A DNA stretch of 64,000 nucleotides from Candidatus Hydrogenedentota bacterium (GTDB lineage: Bacteria > Hydrogenedentota > Hydrogenedentia > Hydrogenedentales > JAEUWI01): contig JAXMOL010000006.1 of assembly GCA_034669905.1 (NCBI GenBank), positions 32,001 to 96,000 of the forward strand, written 5' to 3'. The translations under genes were made by a program, and so were the position numbers. Below the pieces are notes generated by a model. The model did no database searches and was not told where the DNA came from. It was given only the letters and a program-made list of their open reading frames with translations. Position 1 is the stretch's first letter. Each line of letters opens with the position of its first letter. Of the stretch, positions 9,037 through 18,788 are shown in pieces.

Positions 9037-10266
9037 TCACGTGGCGGCGCGGCGCAGGGATTTCCAATAGGCGGCCTGGAGGTAGAAAATCCCACAACTG
9101 GAAACCCGCGTAGGGTCCAGCCGGGTGATGGCCTGTTCCAGCAGCGCCTGTTGGGCCTCAGGGAATGGCTGGTGGGCCACCATAAGCTGGCCCAATGCCG
9201 CCTCGCCACTTTCCCGAATGCAATACCAGATGGTGCGATAGTGCCCCTCGGAGGAGAGCCCTTCTTCCGTCCGCCAATCGGTGCACAGGCGGGTAAGGTC
9301 CAGGTCTTTGGCCCGTTTGTCGGCCGCTATGGCCCGCTCGGCACACTGGGCGGAAACCTTTTCCAAGGTCTGCTCCATTTCTTCCTGCAACGCGGAGTCT
9401 TTCTCCAGGGACAAAAGCAATTCCAGGGAGGCCTGCATCTGAAGGAGGGCATAGGTGGGATGGCCACCCCCGATGGTCGCCGACTGGGCCACGGCGGGCG
9501 CGATGTAGTGTCGGTAGCGCTCATAGTAGACCGGATTCTTCGTCACGTCCCAGGCCGCCGCATAAATCATGGGGAGGCGGGCCGCTTCGTGGGCATTCAC
9601 TTCCCACATGCGGCTGATGCCCCGGGTGTCGCGGCTGCCATCGGCGCGGAGGGAATCGTAGTTGTTTTCGGGTGTCACGTTGCGTGTCATACGATCGGCG
9701 ACTGCGGAAAGGAGCACCCCGATTTCTTCTCGGGTTTCCGCATTGCACAAGGGGCTCTGGGCGTAAAGCCAGAGTCCATGGACCGCGTGGGTGTATTGGT
9801 CCCGCGAACTGTTGGGATAAATGCTTGTGAGGTCTTCGGGGCAAACGGCGCGGGCGATAAAGCCGGGCACGCCGTGGGCCGTCGCACTCCGGTGGATGCC
9901 CCGGTAAACGTCCAGCGCGCGGTCCCGAAGGAATTCCTCCTGGGTTACGGCATAGCGGTCTACGATGAGGGAAAGCATGACGCCGGCGGAAATCATGCCG
10001 TCCTCCATGCCCGTGTCGTAGCCGCACTCATTGGGATATTGGCGCTTTACCTCCGCTGCGGTGGGGAGGTGGGCCAGGCCCTGGTCGGCTTCGTAACTGG
10101 TCAGGTAGTCGTAGAACTGATTGGTCCGGGAAAGATAGAAGCGCTCCCAGGTGGCCTTCCAGAGGCCCTCCACGGTGTTCGCCACGGAGGCGTCCGCCGC
10201 AAGGGCGGGGAGGGAAAGGGAGACAGCAAGACAACAAAAGCATACACGTCGGACGAATGGAATCAT
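9037..10266 (-). CDS. Secreted hypothetical protein, possibly alpha/alpha-barrel (glycoside hydrolase-like) fold
   Basis: Sec-type signal peptide, helical-looking aromatic-rich body (SSRDQYTH, AAAWDVT); no confident family. Confidence 0.6.
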   Translation of the reverse strand: MIPFVRRVCFCCLAVSLSLPALAADASVANTVEGLWKATWERFYLSRTNQFYDYLTSYEADQGLAHLPTAAEVKRQYPNECGYDTGMEDGMISAGVMLSLIVDRYAVTQEEFLRDRALDVYRGIHRSATAHGVPGFIARAVCPEDLTSIYPNSSRDQYTHAVHGLWLYAQSPLCNAETREEIGVLLSAVADRMTRNVTPENNYDSLRADGSRDTRGISRMWEVNAHEAARLPMIYAAAWDVTKNPVYYERYRHYIAPAVAQSATIGGGHPTYALLQMQASLELLLSLEKDSALQEEMEQTLEKVSAQCAERAIAADKRAKDLDLTRLCTDWRTEEGLSSEGHYRTIWYCIRESGEAALGQLMVAHQPFPEAQQALLEQAITRLDPTRVSSCGIFYLQAAYWKSLRRAAT

Positions 10267-10350
10267 GGTGGCGTAGCGGTTCCTGAGGGAGTGTTAATAC
10301 GGGGTAGCCATTGAACGGGGGAATGGGGTGCGAGCCCCTGCAGCTCCTTA

Positions 10351-10578
10351 TTATTCTTCTTCGTCAAAGGAGTCCAGAATCTGGTTGGCCCGCTTGGCAT
10401 CGGCCTCTTTTACGATTAACCGGACACCGCCGGCGATGTTGAGTTGGGGCTCCATGCCGCCACAATCATCCCGGGACACGATGGCTTGAATGTCTTCCGA
10501 TTCCAGGGCGGAACTTGCCATACCCGCAAGCATTTCATCGGGGTAGGTGCGTAACGTTACGAGCTTATCGTCGTTCAT
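10351..10578 (-). CDS. DUF2007 family small protein
   Basis: LVTLRTYPDEMLAGMASSALESEDI...GVRLIVKEADAKRA pattern; AGGAG RBS. Confidence 0.8.
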   Translation of the reverse strand: MNDDKLVTLRTYPDEMLAGMASSALESEDIQAIVSRDDCGGMEPQLNIAGGVRLIVKEADAKRANQILDSFDEEE

Positions 10579-10657
10579 GGGATGCTCCTGACGGGTTCGA
10601 TGGGAAGGTTGGCTTTATAGTAGCAGAACGGGATGGGGAGATGATTGGCAGTTCGGT

Positions 10658-11416
10658 CTATTCAGCAGCACCCACGATGGCCTGCAAGAACTGGGTGCGC
10701 TCGTCCACCGGGGCCCAGGGATCGAAAGCCGCGTAGGTATCCCGGTCCAGCGTCAGCAGAATTTCTTTGGCGGCAATGCGGTCCCCGAGATAATCACTCG
10801 TCAGCCCTTTCTCCATCCATTGCCGGAGCAATTTCTTATCCAGCGCCAGCACCGCTTCCTGTGCCTTCGCTCGAAGTTCGGCTTCCGGATTGGAGAGTAG
10901 AGCCATCACTTCCGTGAAGTCGGCATCGGGCGCGATGCTTACCGTTTCAGGTACCGCTGCAGGGACGGTGATTACCGTGCCATCCACCTGGGTATGGGTG
11001 TACTCCGATACGTCCTTGAGATAGGCCAGGTAGGATTCGACCTCCATGAAGCCCACCCGGTCCCCGACCATTTCTCCAAAAGTGTTGATGACCACCGTCC
11101 GGGGTATGCTCCGCACGCCATAGGCAAAGGCCGTTTTCTCATCCACATCGATATTGACCTTGACGTTCACGAAGTCCGTCATGGCGGAGATGACTTCGGG
11201 GTCGGTGAAGGTCTGCTCATCCATCAGATGACAGGGGCCACACCAGTCGGCGTAGAAATCGACCAGAACCGGCTTGCCCAGTTCCTTGGCCCGGGCGATG
11301 GCCTCGTGGTAGTTGGTCATCCAATCAATAGCGGGTGTCGCGGGTTGGGGCGCTGCCCCGAAAAGGGGGAGGGAGAGCAACAGGAGCACTGCGCTCAGGG
11401 CCTTATTCCTTACCAT
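10658..11416 (-). CDS. Exported thioredoxin-family protein with C-terminal HEAT-like helices
   Basis: Signal peptide, KPVLVDFYADWCGPC, YGVRSIP cis-Pro loop; start MVRNK overlaps the upstream stop. Confidence 0.88.
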   Translation of the reverse strand: MVRNKALSAVLLLLSLPLFGAAPQPATPAIDWMTNYHEAIARAKELGKPVLVDFYADWCGPCHLMDEQTFTDPEVISAMTDFVNVKVNIDVDEKTAFAYGVRSIPRTVVINTFGEMVGDRVGFMEVESYLAYLKDVSEYTHTQVDGTVITVPAAVPETVSIAPDADFTEVMALLSNPEAELRAKAQEAVLALDKKLLRQWMEKGLTSDYLGDRIAAKEILLTLDRDTYAAFDPWAPVDERTQFLQAIVGAAE

Positions 11417-12779
11417 GCTTGATCTGCTCCCAATAGGTTTCGAAATTGAACTCCGGGCTGTTCTCCGGGTCATGGCACGACTCACACGCGATGGTGCGGA
11501 GCTTGGCCGTCCGTTCGGGGACGTCCTGTCCCTGGTGGAATTGCACGTGGTAGTCGCCCCGGCCGTGGCAGTTCTCACAGCTCACGGCACCGAGGGTGGG
11601 GGTGAGGCGTTGGTTGATGTAGCCATCGGAGGCACCATAACCCACCGTATGGCACTGGAGGCACCGGGGATTGTGTTCATGCTTTCGGGCCACGAGACTT
11701 TCAAAGCTGTGGGCGTGCTTCTGGGCCTTCCAGCCTTCCACCGCCATGGGGTGACAGGTGCTGCAGCTCGCTTCGCCTATGTAGGCATTTGCGGTGCGGC
11801 TGCGGGCGGCGGTGATGGTGGTGAGCCCCTCTTCGTCGTCCCGGTGGGGCTGAAAATCCATTTCGGCCAGGCGCAACTTAAACTCGTCAATGATGGGCGT
11901 GATTTCCGTGGCTTCGGCCATGGTGTCTTTCAGCATGTGGATGTCGTTGGTGTAGGTCGCTTCGCCTTCGCCGTTAAACGCGATGTCGAGCTTGCCCACC
12001 GCTTTGCCCTTGTCCGTGATATAGACGATGTGTGATTGGTTGGACTCAATGGGCGTATGGGTGGGTTGGAGCACACGGCCCCCCACGATGACATCCACCT
12101 CGAAAAAGCGCTCGGCAATCTGTTGCATCAGGGGTTCTTCGGCGAATGCCAGGAGGACGACAAAGTCACATTGGGGCGTTAACTCGGGCAGGTATTTGCC
12201 CACCGCATCGATGGGCGGGGAGAGGCGTAAGCCTTCGCCCCCGTCTTCCGGTGCGAGGTCGTCATCGGTGACGCCGAGTATGCCCATCCGAAATCCGTTC
12301 GGGAGCGTGCTAACCCGATAGGGCGGGAAGAGCAGCGCCCCATCGGCCCCGTGCAGGTTGGCCGAAACGAAGAGGTCGTATTCTCCGCCAATCTCCCGCA
12401 GTTTTTCGGCGCCCAGCGAAATTTCACGGTGGCCTACATTGACCGCGTCATAGCCCATGGCTACATAGCCCTTGAGGATGTAGGCCATCTCAAAGACTTC
12501 CCAGTTGCGCGGGCCCGCCGTGACATCACCGGCGTCTACCAGGAGGTGGGGGCCCTTCACCTGGCTCTTCAGGAAGGTCATGCGGCGGGAAATACCACCG
12601 GCCTGGCCCGATGCACAGCCACAGGGCTCGATGTGTCCCCGGGTGTCGCAGGAGTAGATGATGGAGAGGGTATCCGGCGGCGCGATGGATACCGTCTTTT
12701 CTTCGCCCCCACAGCCCGCCAGGGCCATGAGCAGGAAGGCCACGGGGGCGGCCGTCCGAAGGGTCTGAATCCAATTCAT
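11403..12779 (-). CDS. Lipoprotein: UshA/5'-nucleotidase-like N-domain (PCGC) fused to tetraheme c554-like cytochrome c
   Basis: Lipobox LAGC; DTRGHIEPCGC..GGISRR, VDAGD, GYDAVNVG, FVSANL; CSTCH, CLQCH, CENCH, CESCH. Confidence 0.88.
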   Translation of the reverse strand: MNWIQTLRTAAPVAFLLMALAGCGGEEKTVSIAPPDTLSIIYSCDTRGHIEPCGCASGQAGGISRRMTFLKSQVKGPHLLVDAGDVTAGPRNWEVFEMAYILKGYVAMGYDAVNVGHREISLGAEKLREIGGEYDLFVSANLHGADGALLFPPYRVSTLPNGFRMGILGVTDDDLAPEDGGEGLRLSPPIDAVGKYLPELTPQCDFVVLLAFAEEPLMQQIAERFFEVDVIVGGRVLQPTHTPIESNQSHIVYITDKGKAVGKLDIAFNGEGEATYTNDIHMLKDTMAEATEITPIIDEFKLRLAEMDFQPHRDDEEGLTTITAARSRTANAYIGEASCSTCHPMAVEGWKAQKHAHSFESLVARKHEHNPRCLQCHTVGYGASDGYINQRLTPTLGAVSCENCHGRGDYHVQFHQGQDVPERTAKLRTIACESCHDPENSPEFNFETYWEQIKHGKE

Positions 12780-12794
12780 AGACGAGTTTCCTGA

Positions 12795-13511
12795 TCAGTG
12801 GGTCAAGGAATAGGTGAGGACGTTGACATTGATTTCCTGGCTATTCCGAATTTCGTTGCCGCCACAGCAGCAACAGCCGCCCCCGGCATTGGCCGTGTCG
12901 TTGAGCCCTTCGGGACTGTAAATCAACACAATGCGTCCGTCGAGTACGAGGCCTTCGAGGGTCGCCGTCCCTTTACTTTTCTTCAGCCGCACGGAGGTGA
13001 CATCGAAGACCGTGCTGAATATCTTGTGCTCCATGGGGATTTTTTCCAGGGCGACCTCGGGGAAAATGCGTTTTATCTCACGGCGAAAGGCCTGATCCCA
13101 CTCTTTCGAAGAGCACCCGGCCGAGGCGAGGAGGAAGCCACCCCGCTCCAGATAGGCCCGCAGGTTAATCCGCTCCTGCTCTAAGAGGGTGAAGACCCCT
13201 TCGCCCGTCATGACGGAGAAGGGATACTCGAAGAGTTCGTCTTTCGCCAGTTTTACCGGCTGGAAGGCCGTGCGGGTCTCAATGTTGGTTTCCACGTGGG
13301 TTGTGGCCAGGAATTTGTCGCTGAAACATTTGGAGCTCTTGGAGCCGGCATAGATGAGATTGGCACATTGGACCGCGTCGCTGGCTTCGCGATTGGAAAG
13401 GCGCTTCGGCGTGTCCCTGGATGCGTTGTTGCTGCCGGCCGCGAGTACGACGGGGGTGAGGGAGGCCATCGTCAGGCCCAGCACGAATACGAGCTTCGTA
13501 CGCGTATTCAT
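12795..13511 (-). CDS. DUF4159 domain protein
   Basis: Signal peptide; LFEYPFSVMTGEG, NLRAYLERGGFL, LEGLVLDGRIVLIYSP; GGGCCCCGGNE near the C-terminus. Confidence 0.82.
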   Translation of the reverse strand: MNTRTKLVFVLGLTMASLTPVVLAAGSNNASRDTPKRLSNREASDAVQCANLIYAGSKSSKCFSDKFLATTHVETNIETRTAFQPVKLAKDELFEYPFSVMTGEGVFTLLEQERINLRAYLERGGFLLASAGCSSKEWDQAFRREIKRIFPEVALEKIPMEHKIFSTVFDVTSVRLKKSKGTATLEGLVLDGRIVLIYSPEGLNDTANAGGGCCCCGGNEIRNSQEINVNVLTYSLTH

Positions 13512-14236
13512 GGGGCGGCCTCCTCGGCGGCGATGCGCTTGAAGTAGTCATTGACCTGTCCCCGGTATTCTTCCAGCACCCGTTCGCCGCCGGAGGCATT
13601 GAACTGAATGTCCGCTTTCTTGGCTGCGGCGACTTCATCCACGTTGCGGGCCAAATCGCCGGGCCCCTCTTCGGCGGCGTCGGAATTCTTCTTTCGGTTT
13701 CCCAGCAGCCGCGACTTTTCGTTATTCTTACCGTTCAGGTCATCGGGCCCGTAGACGCCAAAGTTCTGTCCGCCGCTACTACCGGAACTGCCCCGACCGC
13801 TCATACCGCCCAGACCACTGGAGCCGGGCCGCATACCGCTACGGAGTTGTCCCAGGGTATTGCCCGCATTCATGCCCATTTTGATTTCGAGTTGAAACTT
13901 ACAGGCCGCACCGGCACCCCCTCCGGTACTCTCACAGACCTTAATCATCTCTTTCATGTCGAGATAGGCCGCCTCCGCCTGTTCATGGCCCGTGGGTGCG
14001 TCCTTTACCGCCAGCTTGTCGGCGGCATCCGTCATGTGGGATTCGATGAGGCGGCGGTCAATTTCGTCGGCGATCTTACGGGCGTCCGCGGCGACCACGG
14101 CGTAATCGGGTTCTTCCACCGCTTCGTCCTCCGTAACGGAAGGCAGTTTTTCAATGAAGGGCGAGGCCTGACCGTGGACGGTGGCAACGAGGAGGATGGC
14201 CAGGACACCGACGCTACTTTTTCTGAATAAACACAT
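13508..14236 (-). CDS. Exported protein resembling the C-terminal part of DUF4175-type coiled-coil proteins
   Basis: Signal-like N-terminus, Gly/Ser-rich linker, terminal VLEEYRGQVNDYFKRIA motif. Confidence 0.65.
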   Translation of the reverse strand: MCLFRKSSVGVLAILLVATVHGQASPFIEKLPSVTEDEAVEEPDYAVVAADARKIADEIDRRLIESHMTDAADKLAVKDAPTGHEQAEAAYLDMKEMIKVCESTGGGAGAACKFQLEIKMGMNAGNTLGQLRSGMRPGSSGLGGMSGRGSSGSSGGQNFGVYGPDDLNGKNNEKSRLLGNRKKNSDAAEEGPGDLARNVDEVAAAKKADIQFNASGGERVLEEYRGQVNDYFKRIAAEEAAP

Positions 14237-16541
14237 CGCTATTCCCTTTCTGTTTAGACGCCAGGGCGTCGAGCTCATCGGCGTGACTGCGGATGCGCTC
14301 TTTCAGGGCGGCCAGAGATTCCATGACCGTCTGCTGTTCTGCGGAGAGCTCATCGAGACGAACCTGATCGTCCGGACTGATGGTCTCCATGTCTTTATAG
14401 TAGCGGATGCTGCGCTCCAGACTTTTCTGGAGCGAATAGAGATACTTGAACTCTTCCGTGTCGGCCATCACGTTGGCCACGTTTTCCAGGTTTTCGTTGG
14501 CCTGCTGGATGCCTTCCTGGAATTCCTGCACGTTCTGGCCCAGTTCTTCCAGGGCTTTTTGTTGGGCCTCGGCCGCCCGTTGGAGCGCTGCGCTGCTGGA
14601 TTGGGAAGGGGAACTCTCGCCAGAGCTCCCGGCTTCGGCTTCCGACGGCTCCCCGGTTGGGTTGGCTGCTTCTGCCATCTCCTGTCGGGCCTGCTCCATC
14701 TGCGCGTTGGCTTCGTCCAGGCGCTCCGCGAAATCACGGAGGGCGTCCTTGTACGCTTCTTCAATGTCGAAGACCACCGGCCGCTCCGCCATCTCATTCA
14801 ACCGCTCCGCCATGGCGTTCGCCTCTTCCGCCAGGGCCGCCTGTTCCGTTTCGGCCTGGGCGAGCTGCTCCTGCTCGGATTCCGATAGGCTTCCTTCCGC
14901 CGCCAGTTTCTCGCGGAGGGCGTCCGTCTCCTGCTTCAGGGCTTCCTGCGCCTCGGCGAGGGCGGTCATTTCGTCGAGGACGCGCTCATACTTTTCCCTC
15001 AGGTCCTCTGCCGTCATCTGGGACTGGGCGTATTCCCGATATTCTTCGTAGGAAATGATGAGTAGCCGAAATTGCTCCGAGCTTGCCGTCTGGGGCGCAC
15101 CGGGACGGCTGTCCGTGGCCGTGACGTAGTAGTCGATGGTGTCGCCGGGGCGGAGTCCGAGGTCTTTCAGGTTCAGGGTTTCATCCACGGTGACAAAGCT
15201 GTTTCGCCCCGCGTCTTCATAGAGGTCCTTACGCTCATCCCGGGACTCGTTGTGCCGACGATAAATGGTCACGTTGGCAATGCCGAGATCGTCCGAGGCG
15301 TCGACCAGAATAGGAACTTCCGTGTCCACCACGGCGAAGGAGTCCATGCCCGGCGCTGCGATGACGACTTCCGGTTTTTCGTCCGGGGTGATCTCGATGG
15401 TGCCACGGGGACTGCTGTCCGCCACCACGCCTTCGACGTCGTGCACTTCCGTGTGAAAGGTGCCGGGCTCCGTCAGAGGGAAATTCGCTTCTACCGTGTT
15501 GGCTTCCGCGTCGGCTTGCAGGGGGTAGGAAGTGCCCGCCACCACAATCTCGCCGCCACCCAGGGGGCGATTGGAGCGGAGGCGCAGGTTGACCATCGTA
15601 TTTTCGTATCCGACGAGGACGTTGTCAGAGAGAAGGCGCGTCTCGGGGTCGCGGTTGGTGTAGGCAGGATAGGTGAAGGTGACGACGCTCTCTTCGATGC
15701 GGGGAATGGTGTTAAGCCCTATCGTGTGCCGTCGCGTGCGGCCCCCTTTGGTCGTCGCATAATAGCGCAGGGGTTCGCGCAGGTTTTCCAGGGTCTGAAA
15801 AAACTGGCCTTCGCCGCCATTATGCATATCAATGGCGTCGGTTTCATTTCCGTCCACATCCAGAAGTACAAGGCGTAAGGTTTCGGGGATGTGGTGGGTC
15901 GTGCGCACTTCGATCTTGAGGTCGTCCCCGAAATCTACGGTCGTGTTTCCCGGGTTCACCGCGAAGTGGATGGCGGAGTAAGGCGGGAAGTCTCCAAAGG
16001 GCAGCAGAAAGCGGGGGACCACGGCGGAGAATACCGCGAAGAAGAGCACTGTGGCGGCGATGGTGGCCACCGTCAGCCCCACCAGGAGATTGCACTCCCG
16101 TTTTACCGTAGGGGGCGTGAGGGCCTCGTAGGTCTGGATGCCGCTGATGCGTTCCGACGCGGTGTCGATTTCCTGCTGCATCAGGGCCTCCGAAAACCGC
16201 TCGGCACCTTCCTTATCCAGGCGTTCTTCAAAGTCCAGCGCATTTGTCAGGCTGTTTTCCAGGGCCGGGTTGCCTGCTTCCATCATGCGAACCAGCATGC
16301 GGCGATAGGCCCGGGAGTGGAAGGCCCTACGGGCGGACCAGGCCACCACCAGCGTCAAGAGGAGCAGGGCCAGGCCATCCATCGTCAAACGTGCGAGGGG
16401 GCTGAACGCGAATAGGGCATCGAGGGCCACATAGAGAAGGACGACGGCGAGGAAGGCCCAGGCCAGCCGAACGACGAGCAAGACGGCGACCCGTTCGAGG
16501 TAGGCCGTTTCGAGTTCGCTGATGTAGGTCTTCACATTCAT
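14214..16541 (-). CDS. DUF4175-like membrane-anchored Ig/coiled-coil protein
   Basis: Three N-terminal TM segments, LENSLTNAL, YPAYTNR, ASDDLGI, LRPGDTIDYYVTATD, long Gln/Glu coiled coil. Confidence 0.78.
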   Translation of the reverse strand: MNVKTYISELETAYLERVAVLLVVRLAWAFLAVVLLYVALDALFAFSPLARLTMDGLALLLLTLVVAWSARRAFHSRAYRRMLVRMMEAGNPALENSLTNALDFEERLDKEGAERFSEALMQQEIDTASERISGIQTYEALTPPTVKRECNLLVGLTVATIAATVLFFAVFSAVVPRFLLPFGDFPPYSAIHFAVNPGNTTVDFGDDLKIEVRTTHHIPETLRLVLLDVDGNETDAIDMHNGGEGQFFQTLENLREPLRYYATTKGGRTRRHTIGLNTIPRIEESVVTFTYPAYTNRDPETRLLSDNVLVGYENTMVNLRLRSNRPLGGGEIVVAGTSYPLQADAEANTVEANFPLTEPGTFHTEVHDVEGVVADSSPRGTIEITPDEKPEVVIAAPGMDSFAVVDTEVPILVDASDDLGIANVTIYRRHNESRDERKDLYEDAGRNSFVTVDETLNLKDLGLRPGDTIDYYVTATDSRPGAPQTASSEQFRLLIISYEEYREYAQSQMTAEDLREKYERVLDEMTALAEAQEALKQETDALREKLAAEGSLSESEQEQLAQAETEQAALAEEANAMAERLNEMAERPVVFDIEEAYKDALRDFAERLDEANAQMEQARQEMAEAANPTGEPSEAEAGSSGESSPSQSSSAALQRAAEAQQKALEELGQNVQEFQEGIQQANENLENVANVMADTEEFKYLYSLQKSLERSIRYYKDMETISPDDQVRLDELSAEQQTVMESLAALKERIRSHADELDALASKQKGNSDVFIQKK

Positions 16542-16542
16542 C

Positions 16543-18786
16543 TCAGAGGAGCCCCGTCCGTCGTCGAATAAACCATTCCAGGCCCAACACCAGTACCAGC
16601 GCCGCGAACAAATCACCCCGGTCCCAGGCGTCCTCTGGTTTGGATTCTTCCGTCATGGATTCTTCGTGTTGGGTCAGACGGCCGGGCAGGCTGTCCCAGG
16701 CGTCAAAATCGAGCACGGCACCGCCACTGGTCGCGGCGATTTGGCCCATGAGATCGGGGTCGGCCCCCACGAAGCGGCTCTCGAGGTCGTTGGAGTAGAC
16801 CGAGAACTCCGTGACCAGTTCGCCCTGGCCGTGACCATTGTCCACCAGCGTAGCGGTGAAGGCCCCTTCCCCATCGGGGAAGTAGGTCGCCCGGAAGAGG
16901 CCCGGCGTCTGTTCGCTTTCTGTGGCGTCCACGCGGACCGATTGGCCACCGGGTGTCGTGATGACCACTTCAGGCTGGATGGGGTGGGTCTCCATTTCTT
17001 TGGATTGGATCAGGAGCGCTACCGAGTCGCCGCTGTTGTAGGTATAGCGGTCGGTCTTAAAGGAGATGTTCTGGCCCGGCAGGAAGTCGGAGTCGTAGAC
17101 GAGCCAGCGAATGGTCTGTCCCCAGAAGCGGGCGTAGACCGCATCGTATTTTGCCAGTTCATTTTTCATGAAGGCCCACTGCCAGAGGCCCGAGGAACCC
17201 ACCGTCATGACTTTTCCCTTGCCATAACGTTGATAGGAAATGGCCGCAATCTCTTCGTCGGTGCCGGCACCCACGCCCTTCGCCAGGACGATAGACAGGG
17301 ACTTTTCTTCCTTGACCCGCGTGATGCTGATCATTTCCGGCAGTTCGCGAATGATGAGGTCGGAGGATTGGGCGGGGTCCAGGTTGAAGATGGGGTTGGC
17401 GTTGCCTGCACTGGTGAGCTCAAAGCGGATGTTCTCGAGATTTCCTTCGTCCCAGATGAGGGGCTCCATCTCCGACAGGGTTTCATTGCTGTCCGCATAG
17501 GCCTTGCCCCGCGCGAAAATGAGGCCGCCACCGCGCACCTCCACATACTCCTTCAGCAGCGCAATCTGCGTCGCATCAAAAATCTGTTCCACATCGCGCC
17601 CGAGAATGATGCAGTCATAAGAAAAGAACTCTTCCCGGGTCCGGGGCACCCGCAATCCCGAGCTGCCCGATGGGTCACCCGCCTCGCCTTCCGGCAGGGC
17701 CTGGGTCACGTAGATCATCTTGTCCCGTTGGCTGCTCATGCCGAAGATGGCCGACACTTCGAGATTGGGGTCGGCCTGCAGGGCCCGCAGCAGGAATTTG
17801 CTGTCCCAATAGGGTTCGGCCTCCACCAGCAGGACTTTGGCCCGCTCATCCACAACCTGCACAAAAACGGTGCGCTCGTTGTTGTTCGGATCGGCTTCAC
17901 CGGCCAGGGGATCGACCCGGACCGTGTACCGGTAGGTTCCCCGGGTATCTTCGACAATCGGAAAGGTGAGCTGTTCGGTTCCTTGATTCAGCATGGCCTG
18001 CTGGACACCGACGGACTCTCCGTTTCGGAGCAGTTCGACTTTTCCATACCAGCCGTCAAATCCCTTTTGATGGAGGGCCACGTTGAGTTCGGAAGGCTGA
18101 TCACGAAAAAGGAAGCTCTGGTCAAAGCGGGCGGTCACCACGAGATCCTTGGTCTCATCGGTGGTGCCCACGGTGGTCGTCCAAACGGGAATGCCCGATG
18201 CACGGAGATAGGTGGCTGCCGCCAGGGGATCGCGGCCATTGTTGTCGCGCCCGTCGGAAATGAGCAAGATCCCGGCATGACGAACGCCCGGGGCCTCTTG
18301 TCCAGCGTTCATCAGTGTGGTGGCGATATCGGTGTGGGCACTTTGGTCGGGGTCACTGACGAGTATCTGGTCGAAGGGTGCGCGCCCCAGGGAATCGGAA
18401 AAGAGGGCGAAGCGTACATCGTAGTGATTGCGAAGGGCGAGGAAAAGCTCCCGCTCGGATTCTTCGAGTTGCTCCCGGACCACTTCAAAGCGGGCGCGGC
18501 CCTCCACATCCGTCGTGGCCATACTCCGGGAGCCGTCGACGAGCACGGTAAAGACGGACTTACCGATCTTTGCCGGGGCCGGGGTGATGACCATAGGCCG
18601 CAGCAGGATAAGGGTCATGACGGCGACCACGGCCAGGCGCAGGGCGGTCAGCACCACACGGCTGAAGGCACCGGCTTCGTTGCGGGTGCGGACATAGTTG
18701 GCAACCGTCAGCACGGCCACCACCGCACCGAGCAGGAGGATATAGCCGGCGGAGAAAGGCGGGTCGAAAACGAGGTGGTCCCACAT
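16543..18786 (-). CDS. VWA + class I glutamine-amidotransferase-like membrane protein
   Basis: MIDAS DGSRSM and LISDGRDN; NNER Ig-like segment; GGGLIF; YGKGKV; C-terminal LEWFIRRRTGL. Confidence 0.82.
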   Translation of the reverse strand: MWDHLVFDPPFSAGYILLLGAVVAVLTVANYVRTRNEAGAFSRVVLTALRLAVVAVMTLILLRPMVITPAPAKIGKSVFTVLVDGSRSMATTDVEGRARFEVVREQLEESERELFLALRNHYDVRFALFSDSLGRAPFDQILVSDPDQSAHTDIATTLMNAGQEAPGVRHAGILLISDGRDNNGRDPLAAATYLRASGIPVWTTTVGTTDETKDLVVTARFDQSFLFRDQPSELNVALHQKGFDGWYGKVELLRNGESVGVQQAMLNQGTEQLTFPIVEDTRGTYRYTVRVDPLAGEADPNNNERTVFVQVVDERAKVLLVEAEPYWDSKFLLRALQADPNLEVSAIFGMSSQRDKMIYVTQALPEGEAGDPSGSSGLRVPRTREEFFSYDCIILGRDVEQIFDATQIALLKEYVEVRGGGLIFARGKAYADSNETLSEMEPLIWDEGNLENIRFELTSAGNANPIFNLDPAQSSDLIIRELPEMISITRVKEEKSLSIVLAKGVGAGTDEEIAAISYQRYGKGKVMTVGSSGLWQWAFMKNELAKYDAVYARFWGQTIRWLVYDSDFLPGQNISFKTDRYTYNSGDSVALLIQSKEMETHPIQPEVVITTPGGQSVRVDATESEQTPGLFRATYFPDGEGAFTATLVDNGHGQGELVTEFSVYSNDLESRFVGADPDLMGQIAATSGGAVLDFDAWDSLPGRLTQHEESMTEESKPEDAWDRGDLFAALVLVLGLEWFIRRRTGLL

Positions 18787-18788
18787 GG

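Noticed and set aside
12615..12626. Selenocysteine in the PCGC motif
   Set aside because: Both codons are TGT; there is no in-frame TGA.
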